Origin: an uncultured virus (IMG/VR IMGVR_UViG_3300036770_002685)
Lineage: Duplodnaviria > Heunggongvirae > Uroviricota > Caudoviricetes
Reading direction: 5' to 3' (one strand)
Virus record (IMG/VR): IMGVR_UViG_3300036770_002685
Length of the DNA: 64,000 nt
The notes under the pieces are model-generated. The model was not told the origin of the DNA, searched no databases, and saw only the letters and a list, made by a program, of their open reading frames with translations. A program made the translations under genes and the position numbers. Below are positions 55,440-64,000 of the stretch, piece after piece; position 1 is the first letter of the stretch; each line of letters starts with the position of its first letter.

Positions 55440-56878
55440 GCTTTGAGCTCCTCTCCCATGACTTGGGTGGCAATATTAATCTTGTCGCGCAGGGATTTAA
55501 CGATCTTCTCGTCCACCGTGCCGGGGCAGATCAGGTCGATGTAGGTCACGTTCTTGGTCTGGCCGATCCGGTGCGCCCGGTCTTCTGACTGGAGCCGCTT
55601 CTCAAGGTCAAAGGAATTGCTGTAGTACACCACCAGATTTGCCGCCGTTAAGGTCAGGCCGTAGCCGCCGGTGGTCGGGTTGCCGATGAAGAACCGCAGT
55701 GGGCTGTTCGGGTCTTGGAATTCGTTGACGATCTCCTGCCGCTTGTCGGTCTCCGTCTCCCCGTAGTACGCCGCCGCCGAGTTCATCCCGTAGACCGAGG
55801 ACAGGGCCAGCTTGATCGCCTCAATGTCATGCCGATAGTTGGCCCAGATGATCATCTTGCCGTCGGACTCCTCGACAATACTCAAGAGCTCCTTGATCCG
55901 GTTGTTTGGCAACTCCAACACGTCCCCGTTATCCAGCTTCACGTGCCCGCAGACGATCTGATGCAGTCGCATAATCTGCGTCAAGGCGTTCACCGTGGAC
56001 ACATCCCCCTCTTTGAACATCGCCAACGCCATCAGCCGCATCTCTTTGTACGCCTTGGCCTGCTCTTCAGTTAAGTCCACCTCGCGCTTGGTGTACAGCT
56101 TGTCCGGTAGGTCCAAGCACTCTTCCTTCGTCACGCGAAAGCTAAAGCGGTCAAGCTTCTCCCGTAGCTCCTCCAAATGCCGAAAGCCCAGAATCTGCTT
56201 GAAGCTATGCGTTGCCAGATGCCGCTCCTGCATCACCGCATAGCGCGCCTGAAACGTGTAGAAACTGTCATGCCCCAAGCATCGCGGATCAAGGAACACG
56301 CACTGCTGGAATAGGTCCAACGGATTCTTCGTCACCGGAGAGCCGGTCATGATGCGCTTGAACTTGGCCTGCTTGCCAATCTTCGTCGCATTCTTTGCCC
56401 GTGCCGCCGTATGCGTTTTGATCGTGGTCGATTCATCGATCGCCATGAACGCCTCATGTGCAAGTAAGTACCTACTTGCGAATCTGACCCCTTTCTCAGT
56501 GGAAAGGGCCTCAACGTTCATGATCAAAATCTTGAAGTCTTCGGTGATCTCGAACAAGTTTTCTAGGGCTTGGCTTTCTGCTTTCTTGGGGGAGGCACTC
56601 CATAACACCGTTCGGTAAACCACATGATCCGGCATGTGTTTGGGTATCTCAGTGTCCATCCAGTTCCGATAAACCCCCTTCGGTGCGATGATCAACGCGG
56701 CATTAATCTGCCCTTGGTCATACAACATTGCCATGTTGTTGATCAACATGAAAGACTTGCCCGTGCCCATCTCGGAAAAGAGAGCGGCCACTCGCTTCTC
56801 CCAAAAGCGTGTCAAATACGCCTCTTGATGCAAGAAGGGCTTGTTCTTATAAGGATACCGCTGCAAAAATTCGTCCAT
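55427..56878 (-). CDS. SNF2-family helicase
   Basis: EMGTGKS, IDES, MTGSP, GGYGLTL, QSEDRAHRIGQ; AGGAGA RBS before ATG 56878. Confidence 0.92.
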   Translation of the reverse strand: MDEFLQRYPYKNKPFLHQEAYLTRFWEKRVAALFSEMGTGKSFMLINNMAMLYDQGQINAALIIAPKGVYRNWMDTEIPKHMPDHVVYRTVLWSASPKKAESQALENLFEITEDFKILIMNVEALSTEKGVRFASRYLLAHEAFMAIDESTTIKTHTAARAKNATKIGKQAKFKRIMTGSPVTKNPLDLFQQCVFLDPRCLGHDSFYTFQARYAVMQERHLATHSFKQILGFRHLEELREKLDRFSFRVTKEECLDLPDKLYTKREVDLTEEQAKAYKEMRLMALAMFKEGDVSTVNALTQIMRLHQIVCGHVKLDNGDVLELPNNRIKELLSIVEESDGKMIIWANYRHDIEAIKLALSSVYGMNSAAAYYGETETDKRQEIVNEFQDPNSPLRFFIGNPTTGGYGLTLTAANLVVYYSNSFDLEKRLQSEDRAHRIGQTKNVTYIDLICPGTVDEKIVKSLRDKINIATQVMGEELKAWLI

Positions 56879-56902
56879 CAAAATTCTCCTTTCTAAAGGG
56901 AC

Positions 56903-56932
56903 TTGCAAATTCCCGAAAGCCAAGTATATACT
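56903..56932 (+). promoter_or_regulatory. Putative promoter in the divergent intergenic region
   Basis: TTGCAA followed by overlapping TATATA/TATACT; between two divergent AGGAGA RBSs. Confidence 0.5.
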
Positions 56933-56962
56933 CAAACCTCGAACACAGAAAGGAGAAATGAA

Positions 56963-57316
56963 GTGCCAACAGTTTATGCTGTTTCCGAAACCGCACAGCA
57001 CAACATATCGTCTGCGCTTGACTTCGGAGAAATCGTTACGATCTTGCCTCCGAACGCACAGGTTGCTTTCTCTGTTGCGCCTACGGTACGCAGGGCGCAT
57101 CGGGTGCTTGAAACCTTTTCGGATGACGATTATCTTTTATTCATTGGCGATCCCACCGCCATGTCTATCGTCGCAGTCGTTGCAGCACAACGCAACAACG
57201 GACGCTTTAAATGCTTGAAGTGGGACAAGCGGGAGAGGCGATACATACCGATCCAAATTGATTTTAATAATGCATTCAAGAAAGGAGAAATAAATGAGTT
57301 TGACGAACATCTTTGA
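56963..57316 (+). CDS. Hypothetical protein
   Basis: GTG start after AGGAGA; DDYLLFIGDP, LKWD. Confidence 0.7.
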   Translation: MPTVYAVSETAQHNISSALDFGEIVTILPPNAQVAFSVAPTVRRAHRVLETFSDDDYLLFIGDPTAMSIVAVVAAQRNNGRFKCLKWDKRERRYIPIQIDFNNAFKKGEINEFDEHL

Positions 57317-57845
57317 ACAGGACGCAGCTGCACTGCAAGTCGCAGACAATGATCTGCAAGGTCTTGCACAAATGGCGCGTCGTGCTAAATCTCTTGAGAA
57401 AGAGATCGAGGATTACGAGACAGAACTCAAGCAGCGCAAAGAGCAGCATCGCAAGCTGACTGAGGAAGCCATCCCAGAGGCGCTAACATCGTTGGGCCTT
57501 CGTAGCTTCAAGATGGAAGACGGTTCATCGATCGAGGTCAAGGCGTTCTACAGTGCGTCAATCACTGAAGCGCGTCGTGCAGAAGCATTCCAATGGCTGC
57601 GCGAGAACGGCTACGACGACATTATCAAGAACACTGTGTCGGTGCGTTTCGGACGCAACGAATCAGGGTTGGCAGACAAAGCAATCGATATGCTGCGCAA
57701 CGCAGGTTTCCCTGTGGAGCAAGCAGAAAAGGTTGAGCCCATGACTCTTAAAGCATGGGTCAAGGAACAGGTGGAGAAGGGTCGCGAGTTTCCATCTGAG
57801 TTGTTCGGCGCTTACATAGGCCAACGCGCGACAATCAAATCTTAA
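57294..57845 (+). CDS. Replication-module hypothetical protein
   Basis: Coiled coil, then AFQWLRENG..DIIKN and VEPMTLKAW. Confidence 0.75.
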   Translation: MSLTNIFEQDAAALQVADNDLQGLAQMARRAKSLEKEIEDYETELKQRKEQHRKLTEEAIPEALTSLGLRSFKMEDGSSIEVKAFYSASITEARRAEAFQWLRENGYDDIIKNTVSVRFGRNESGLADKAIDMLRNAGFPVEQAEKVEPMTLKAWVKEQVEKGREFPSELFGAYIGQRATIKS

Positions 57846-57872
57846 TGACTAACGAAATAAGGAGCATTAATA

Positions 57873-58643
57873 ATGGGTAAAGCAGAAGTCGCAGAAGTCA
57901 AGACCACCGCTATCACAGTCTTAACGAACCGTTTTGAAGAGGATGCGCAGTCCGGTTTCGCTGGCATGAATCAGGATGACTTTGCTCTTCCGTTTCTCCG
58001 GCTACTGACTAACACTTCGCCAGAGGTTGGTTCTGTAGACGGCGCAATGCCGGGTATGATCTATAACAGCGTTACAGGGGAACTCTTTGATGGCAAGAAG
58101 GGTATTCTGGTTGTCCCCTGTGCCTATGTACGTCAGTACATTGAGTGGGCACCGCGTGGCAGCGGCTCTGGCGCACCTATAGCGTATTACCCCAGTACTA
58201 GCGACATCCTCTCCAAAACGCATCGCGTCCCCGGAGAGAACAAAGACTATCTCGATAACGGCAACTACATCGAGAACACCGCCAATCACTATGTCATGGT
58301 GATCGACGCAGCGGGCGTCCCCCATCCTGCACTGATCGTCATGAAGTCCACGCAACTGAAGAAGTCGCGCAAGTGGAACACGATGATGCAGAGCGTGAAG
58401 CTGATGGGCAGAAACGGTCTTTATACACCCCCGATGTACTCTCAGACTTATCGTCTGTCCACTGTCAAGGAAAGCAATGACAAGGGCCAATGGTTTGGCT
58501 GGGAAGTAGAACACAACAGCAGCATTGAAGACGAGAACTTGTATCTCACTGCGAAGGCCTTCGCTGATTCGATCAACGCAGGTGATGTAAAGGTTACTCA
58601 TAGCGACGACCAAGCTGCTCCAGCAGGCGCTGCTCCTTTCTAA
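57873..58643 (+). CDS. Possible ssDNA-binding protein
   Basis: MKSTQLKKSRKWN, NDKGQWFGW; C-terminus ends in PF; replication context. Confidence 0.55.
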   Translation: MGKAEVAEVKTTAITVLTNRFEEDAQSGFAGMNQDDFALPFLRLLTNTSPEVGSVDGAMPGMIYNSVTGELFDGKKGILVVPCAYVRQYIEWAPRGSGSGAPIAYYPSTSDILSKTHRVPGENKDYLDNGNYIENTANHYVMVIDAAGVPHPALIVMKSTQLKKSRKWNTMMQSVKLMGRNGLYTPPMYSQTYRLSTVKESNDKGQWFGWEVEHNSSIEDENLYLTAKAFADSINAGDVKVTHSDDQAAPAGAAPF

Positions 58644-58649
58644 TTACTT

Positions 58650-58685
58650 GAGCCCGAACCCGTAGGTAGTAGGGCTCTTTTTTTC
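58650..58685 (+). terminator. Possible terminator
   Basis: GAGCCC...GGGCTC stem followed by a T-run. Confidence 0.55.
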
Positions 58686-58701
58686 TCTTTAGAAAGCAGA
58701 A

Positions 58702-60231
58702 ATGACTGATATCGCCAAATTCAAGTCAATATTTGAGGGGTCAAATATTGCCTATGGAACCTACAAAATAGAGCGAGAGGCAGGGAATGGCAAACAACAA
58801 GGTAAGGCCGTCGTTGTACGAAACCCGCCCACCGATGACCTTTGGGAACGCCATCTACGTGGGCACGAGCCTTCTCTTGGCATTATTCCTATTCGTCCTG
58901 ACAATACTTGTATATGGGGTTGCATTGATATTGATCAGTACCCACTGGACCATAAAGGTCTGGTGGAAAAAATTCGTCGGTTAAAGCTTCCGCTGGTTGT
59001 CTGCCGCAGCAAGTCGGGCGGCGCGCATGTGTTCCTGTTTACAAAAGAACCCATCAGTGCTGCAGAGATGCAGCGTTACCTCAATACGTGTGCAAGCATA
59101 CTGGGAGAAAGTGGTCGTGAGATTTTTCCGAAACAAACTGAAGTCCTTGTTGAGCGCGGTGACACGGGTAACTTCCTTAACCTTCCGTATTTCGGGGGCG
59201 ATGAAACCCTGCGTTACGCGATCAATGATGCTGGCGAGGCTGCCAGTCTTAGTGAGTTCTTCGGGCTTTACGAACAGCATGTACAGTCAGTGCCGCTCGT
59301 TCATCCGGAAGAGGAAAAGAAAAATGCGGACGCGCCCATCAAAGACGGGCCGCCGTGTTTGCAAACGTTATGCAATCAAGGATTTCCGGAAGGCACTCGC
59401 AACAACGGCCTATTTAACATCGCGATCTACCTCAAGAAGTCCATCCCGAATAACTGGGAAGACAAGCTGATGGAGTACAACCAAAAGTTCATGGGCCCAC
59501 CGCTCCCCTTAAATGAACTCTTGGTGATCACAAAGCAAATCCAAAAGAAGGACTATAAGTACAAGTGCAAGGACGCACCCTTAAACTCCTTCTGCAATTC
59601 GGGCCTATGCCGCACCCGCCGACATGGCATCGGTGCTGACGGCCCTGACTCCCCTAAGGTGTCAAGCCTGACCAAGTACAACTCTGAGCCGCCGTTGTGG
59701 TTCTTGGATGTCAACGGCAGGCGTATTGAACTAGACACTGATCAGTTGTTCAATCAAGCCGCGTTCCAAAAGGCTTGCGTTGAACGTTTAAACGTCCTAC
59801 CTCCGACACTACGCCGTCAGGATTGGGAAGGTTTCTTGAACGGCCTTCTCCGCGAGATGGTCGAGCTCGAACAAATCCAAGATGCACCTGAAGACACCAG
59901 TCAATCGGGCCGCTTCCAAGAGTTATTGGAAGAGTTCACCACGCACCTGCAACAAGCGATGGATCGCGAAGAGATTCTGATGGGCCGTCCTTGGACGGAC
60001 GAAGAGGAGTCTCGCGTTTACTTTCGCATGAAGGACCTCGAATCACACTTAAAGCGCAGCGCGTTTAACGGCATGACCGCTCCACGCATGGCACAAAAGA
60101 TTCGTGACCTCGGGGGCGAGCCAATTAGTTTGTTCTTGAAAGGCAGAGCAGTAAGAGCGTGGCGCGTACCACGGTTCACGCGTCAAGAGACACCGTTTGA
60201 AACACCACAACAGAAAGGAGCGCCGTTCTGA
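58702..60231 (+). CDS. Primase (AEP/prim-pol type) with a PriCT-like domain
   Basis: WGCIDID, RSKSGGAH, GNFLNLPY, GPPC, EGTRNNGLF. Confidence 0.85.
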   Translation: MTDIAKFKSIFEGSNIAYGTYKIEREAGNGKQQGKAVVVRNPPTDDLWERHLRGHEPSLGIIPIRPDNTCIWGCIDIDQYPLDHKGLVEKIRRLKLPLVVCRSKSGGAHVFLFTKEPISAAEMQRYLNTCASILGESGREIFPKQTEVLVERGDTGNFLNLPYFGGDETLRYAINDAGEAASLSEFFGLYEQHVQSVPLVHPEEEKKNADAPIKDGPPCLQTLCNQGFPEGTRNNGLFNIAIYLKKSIPNNWEDKLMEYNQKFMGPPLPLNELLVITKQIQKKDYKYKCKDAPLNSFCNSGLCRTRRHGIGADGPDSPKVSSLTKYNSEPPLWFLDVNGRRIELDTDQLFNQAAFQKACVERLNVLPPTLRRQDWEGFLNGLLREMVELEQIQDAPEDTSQSGRFQELLEEFTTHLQQAMDREEILMGRPWTDEEESRVYFRMKDLESHLKRSAFNGMTAPRMAQKIRDLGGEPISLFLKGRAVRAWRVPRFTRQETPFETPQQKGAPF

Positions 60232-60476
60232 TGGATATCCTCGAACTGCAAAAATTTAAAGCGGCTGAACTAGGCATCTGCACTACATGGCATGGCGATC
60301 AACTGGTTGAACGTTTGATCTACGACGGCCTGCACATGGTCATGATCCTAATGGACGAAGACAGCATGGGAGACCTCGAAGCGGCTGAATACATCGAACG
60401 CGAGTTCGTATTCAAGTACGCAGGCGACACCCAGCCCATCATCCTCTGGAAAAACTCCGACGATGAAGATTCATAA
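60231..60476 (+). CDS. Hypothetical protein
   Basis: EAAEYIE...YAGDTQPI; coupled ORF. Confidence 0.6.
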   Translation: MDILELQKFKAAELGICTTWHGDQLVERLIYDGLHMVMILMDEDSMGDLEAAEYIEREFVFKYAGDTQPIILWKNSDDEDS

Positions 60477-62787
60477 AATCTTCGGCCCTCCCGGCTCTGG
60501 CAAGACCACGTATCTTCTAAACTTGGTCGAACAAGAACTAGAGTCCGGGGTGCCCTCTCGCTCGATTGGCTACTTCGCGTTCACACGCAAAGCGGCCAAC
60601 GAAGCGCGGGACCGTGCGATCGCCAAATTCAACGAGCTCAACGCAGAGACGGACTTCCCGTGGTTCCGAACGCTGCATAGCCTCGCCTATCGTTGCCTGC
60701 GCGTATCGAACAACGAGATCATGAAGCCAGAGCATTACCGCGAGTTTGCGCGGCAAGCAGGACTGGACATGAGTGTGAGCACTGGAGACGAAGAGTTTGT
60801 CGTTCAGACGGATAACCCAATACTTAACGAAATCAACCTCGCCCGCATCCGTGGCGTTGATTTAAAAACGCATTACAACAATTCTCGAATTCCGATTGAG
60901 TGGTTTCACTTCGAATATGTCGAACGTGCGTACCGACACTACAAGTATTCGAACAACCTAATGGACTTCACCGATCTTCTTGAGCAGATCGTGCAAGAGC
61001 CGGACTACCTGCCAAAGCTGGAAACGGTGATCATCGATGAAGCGCAGGACCTTTCTAGGCTACAATGGCAAATGGTGTATGCCCTAGCTGAAAGGAGCAA
61101 TAACGTGTACATAGCAGGAGACGACGATCAGTGCCAGCCGGGGCATACAAAAATACTAACAACGGATGGGGAGGTTTTGTTAAAAAACTTAGACCCTGCT
61201 ATTCACCGGCTGATTTGCTATGACCGCAATGGTTCTCATGTTACGGGGTATAAAAACGGTTATTCGTTTAAAAAGGCTCGTCGCACGTATACCGGGAAAA
61301 TTTATACGGTGACCACGGCCTCAGGGCATATATCAAGCTACACAGACAATCACCACTGCATCGTTCGCTGGAAACCCCTTAAAGAGGTTATACACCTGCG
61401 CGTAGTTTATTTGATGCAGAAAGGAAACAACTTCCGCATTGGGCAATGTCAACTTTTTAGGGCGGATGGGTGTGTGCATGCGTGGGTAAGAGCCCACGGG
61501 GAACGCGCAGACAAGCTGTGGGTTTTGCGCGTGACTGAATCCATAGAGGAAAGTACTTATTACGAAACGCTTTGGTCTTATCTTTTTGGCATACCTCAGA
61601 CTGTTTTCAAAGCAGGTGCTTCTTCCGTCCTCTCCCAGAAAGCCACAGACAAACTATTCAGCGAAATCCCCACTTACCCGGCGGCTATGCAACTCTTTGA
61701 AGCACTCGATGTGTCTTTCGAATATCCACTTTATGAAAGAAGTCTGATCAGTGCTAAACGCGGAGGATCACAAATATTTGAAGCGCATGCTGCATCCTTG
61801 ATTCCATCAGCAATGCGTATTGGTGTGATAGCTGGTAAAAAAATTCAATGGGAAAACTTCTCCCTAGCTGCCAAAATAAAAACATGTGAGGTTTATTCTC
61901 TTGACGTAGAAAAGCACCATAATTACTTTGCAGATGGCGTTTTGACGCATAACTGTGTGTTTACTTGGGCAGGAGCGGACGTTAAAGCATTCCTCTCTTT
62001 AGAGGGTAATGTTAAGGTCTTACAACAATCCTACCGTGTCCCTGCAAAGATTCACGCGTTAGCAAACAAAGTGGTCAACCGCATCCGCTCGCGGCAAGAG
62101 AAGGAGTGGCACCCTCGCACCGAAGAGGGCCGCATCTTCTATTACGAAGCCTTTGAACACGTCAACGTCACACAAGGTGATTGGTTACTCCTTGCCTCCA
62201 CCAACTACATGCTAAACGACTTGCATGAGTGGTTAAAGTCACAGGGATTGATGTTCGAGCGCCACGGACAACGGAGCATCTCCGAGAACATCCTGACCGC
62301 CGTACTCGGCTGGGAAGCGCTGCGTAAGGGCAAAGCCATGCCCATGCCCGTGGTCAAAACGATCTACCGGTTCTTAGGGGCTGAGTTCGTCAAACGCGGG
62401 TTCAAGACCCTGCGCGACATCGATCCCAACCGCGAATACACCTTGACGCAGTTGCAGGAATCATTTGGTCTTTTGACCAACGATATCTGGCACAAGGTGC
62501 TGACCAAAATATCGGATGCCCAGCGCCAGTACATCATCTCGATCCTGCGACGTGGGGCGAAGCTAAACGACAGAGCGCCGATCAAGCTCTCTACGATCCA
62601 CGGCGCGAAAGGCGGGGAGGCGGATCACGTCTTACTGCTCACGGACCTCTCGCCCAAGTTCGCCAACGAATACGCCCATAACGCCGATGACGTGAACCGC
62701 TTGCTGTATGTGGGGCTGACCCGCGCCAAAGAGACGCTGCACATCATCCGGCCCAAGTCCATTGATAGGGGATTTAGAATTGAATAA
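60463..62787 (+). CDS. uvrD: UvrD/Rep-like SF1 helicase containing an intein
   Basis: GPPGSGKT, AFTRKAA, IIDEAQD, GDDDQ, STIHGAKGGE, YVGLTRAK. Confidence 0.93.
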   Translation: MKIHKIFGPPGSGKTTYLLNLVEQELESGVPSRSIGYFAFTRKAANEARDRAIAKFNELNAETDFPWFRTLHSLAYRCLRVSNNEIMKPEHYREFARQAGLDMSVSTGDEEFVVQTDNPILNEINLARIRGVDLKTHYNNSRIPIEWFHFEYVERAYRHYKYSNNLMDFTDLLEQIVQEPDYLPKLETVIIDEAQDLSRLQWQMVYALAERSNNVYIAGDDDQCQPGHTKILTTDGEVLLKNLDPAIHRLICYDRNGSHVTGYKNGYSFKKARRTYTGKIYTVTTASGHISSYTDNHHCIVRWKPLKEVIHLRVVYLMQKGNNFRIGQCQLFRADGCVHAWVRAHGERADKLWVLRVTESIEESTYYETLWSYLFGIPQTVFKAGASSVLSQKATDKLFSEIPTYPAAMQLFEALDVSFEYPLYERSLISAKRGGSQIFEAHAASLIPSAMRIGVIAGKKIQWENFSLAAKIKTCEVYSLDVEKHHNYFADGVLTHNCVFTWAGADVKAFLSLEGNVKVLQQSYRVPAKIHALANKVVNRIRSRQEKEWHPRTEEGRIFYYEAFEHVNVTQGDWLLLASTNYMLNDLHEWLKSQGLMFERHGQRSISENILTAVLGWEALRKGKAMPMPVVKTIYRFLGAEFVKRGFKTLRDIDPNREYTLTQLQESFGLLTNDIWHKVLTKISDAQRQYIISILRRGAKLNDRAPIKLSTIHGAKGGEADHVLLLTDLSPKFANEYAHNADDVNRLLYVGLTRAKETLHIIRPKSIDRGFRIE
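61132..61953 (+). mobile_element. Intein (274 aa) in helicase motif III
   Basis: Starts CQPGHTKILTTDG; TDNH block B; VYSLDVEKHHNYFADGVLTHN end; +1 Cys; removal restores GDDDQ-CVFTWAGAD. Confidence 0.93.
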
Positions 62788-62791
62788 AACC

Positions 62792-64000
62792 ATGCCGCTG
62801 TTTCCCGTGAAGACCGAATGGGTGCCCCCGGCTCATTTTCCTGACCTAACGGATGCGAAGGAGATTGCAATTGATTTGGAAACATGTGATCCGAACATGG
62901 AGAGTATGGGTCCCGGCTGGCCTCGTCGGGACGGTTATATCGTGGGGTATGCCGTCGCCGTGGATGGTTGGTCTGGTTATTTTCCTGTGGCTCATGGTGG
63001 GGGTGGCAATCTCGACAAAACCATTGTCGAACGATGGATCAGAAAAGTCCTCGCCACGCCCGCAGACAAAATCATGCACAACGCCGCCTACGATGCCGGG
63101 TGGCTGGCTGCCAGTGGATTCACGGTCAATGGCCGACTTATCGATACGATGCTCGCCGCCCCGCTTCTCGACGAAAACCGTTTCTCGTACAGCCTCAATG
63201 CGCTTGGCTTCGACTACCTCAAAGAAGTCAAATCGGAACAAGGTCTCAAAGACGCGGCTGGGGACTTTGGCGTACATGCTAAGAAAGAACTCTGGAAGCT
63301 CCCCGCCATGTTCGTCGGAGAGTACGCCGAGCAAGACGCTGCGCTTACTCTAAAGCTCTGGCAAACCTTCAAGCCCCTCCTAATCCGGGAAGAAGTCCAG
63401 CATATCTTCGACATCGAAACGGAGCTTCTGCCCATCCTGATTCACCTGACGCTACGCGGGATTCGCTTTGATCGGGACAAGGCAGAGCAGGTGATCGCAG
63501 AGTACCGAGACCGCGAAACCCAACTGATCAAGGACATCCGCAAGACCTGCAACAGTCCCGTGGACATCTGGGCCGCTGCGTCGATTGCCAAGGGCTTTGA
63601 CCACCTTGGTGTGGCATATCCGAAGACCGCCAACGGCCTGCCGTCCTTTACGAAAAGCTTCCTCGACAGCTGCGAACATCCGGTTGCCAAGATGATCGTG
63701 GAGGCCCGAGAACTGAACAAGACCCACGGCACCTTCCTCCAGCCCTATTTAAGCTTCTCCAAGCACGACGGGCGCATCCATCCGCATGTGAACCAACTCC
63801 GCTCCGACGAAGGCGGCACGGTCACAGGACGCCTGTCGATGGCAAACCCGAACTTGCAGCAGGTCCCGGCTCGGCATGAGGTGATCGGCCCGTTGGTGCG
63901 CTCACTCTTTCTGCCTGAAGAAGGCGAGATGTGGGCTTCTTGTGACTTCAGTTCTCAAGAACCACGGCTCTTGGTCCACTATGCAAGCCTCTTGGACCTG
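62792..64000 (+). CDS. polA: DNA polymerase family A, N-terminal part (3'-5' exonuclease to motif A), truncated by the window end; not in the ORF track
   Basis: Manual translation: IDLET, HNAAYD, YAEQDA, TGRLSMANPNLQQVP, CDFSSQEPR. Confidence 0.93.
   Translation, partial: MPLFPVKTEWVPPAHFPDLTDAKEIAIDLETCDPNMESMGPGWPRRDGYIVGYAVAVDGWSGYFPVAHGGGGNLDKTIVERWIRKVLATPADKIMHNAAYDAGWLAASGFTVNGRLIDTMLAAPLLDENRFSYSLNALGFDYLKEVKSEQGLKDAAGDFGVHAKKELWKLPAMFVGEYAEQDAALTLKLWQTFKPLLIREEVQHIFDIETELLPILIHLTLRGIRFDRDKAEQVIAEYRDRETQLIKDIRKTCNSPVDIWAAASIAKGFDHLGVAYPKTANGLPSFTKSFLDSCEHPVAKMIVEARELNKTHGTFLQPYLSFSKHDGRIHPHVNQLRSDEGGTVTGRLSMANPNLQQVPARHEVIGPLVRSLFLPEEGEMWASCDFSSQEPRLLVHYASLLDL

Noticed and set aside
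56879..57100. N-terminal extension of the SNF2 helicase
   Set aside because: Overlaps the divergent promoter and a + strand gene; the RBS supports the start at 56878
62846..63732. Short ORFs listed on both strands near the window end
   Set aside because: They shadow the polA frame, which the ORF track omitted because it has no stop inside the window
1..64000. tRNA genes, integrase/lysogeny module, phage RNA polymerase
   Set aside because: None recognised by eye; tRNAscan-SE and HMM searches are needed to exclude them formally

Overview
The window is almost a whole ~64 kb tailed dsDNA phage genome with a podovirus-type layout, opened inside its family A DNA polymerase gene (N-terminal part at 62792-64000, C-terminal part at 1-280). 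Order: small accessory genes (0.4-5.25 kb); a non-coding repeat/AT-rich island (5.25-5.6 kb); terminase small subunit and a PD-(D/E)XK nuclease; an early block in which four genes share a promoter/leader motif (6.7-9.6 kb); a GC-rich repeat island; HNH; terminase large subunit; a 1842-aa multidomain protein; portal, GroES, scaffold and a Mu gpT-like major capsid; neck and tail genes; a 1464-aa RCC1-repeat protein followed by an FlmG/GT9-like glycosyltransferase and ADP-heptose genes (hldC, hldA, hldD); a lysis cassette (GH19 endolysin, Rz with embedded Rz1); nozzle and internal/ejected proteins; and a replication module (exonuclease, SNF2 helicase, primase, intein-bearing UvrD, PolA). I saw no integrase, RNA polymerase, tRNA or CRISPR array. 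Best leads: (1) a candidate virion-protein heptosylation system beside the putative receptor-binding protein; (2) a recurring [FMY]-[AK]-x-G-G motif that punctuates the giant protein and marks internal proteins; (3) two pseudoknotted leader RNAs at ribosome-binding sites; (4) a UvrD intein whose insert looks GIY-YIG-like; (5) a candidate origin at a strand-skew switch. All protein calls come from motifs recognised by eye; no database search was run.
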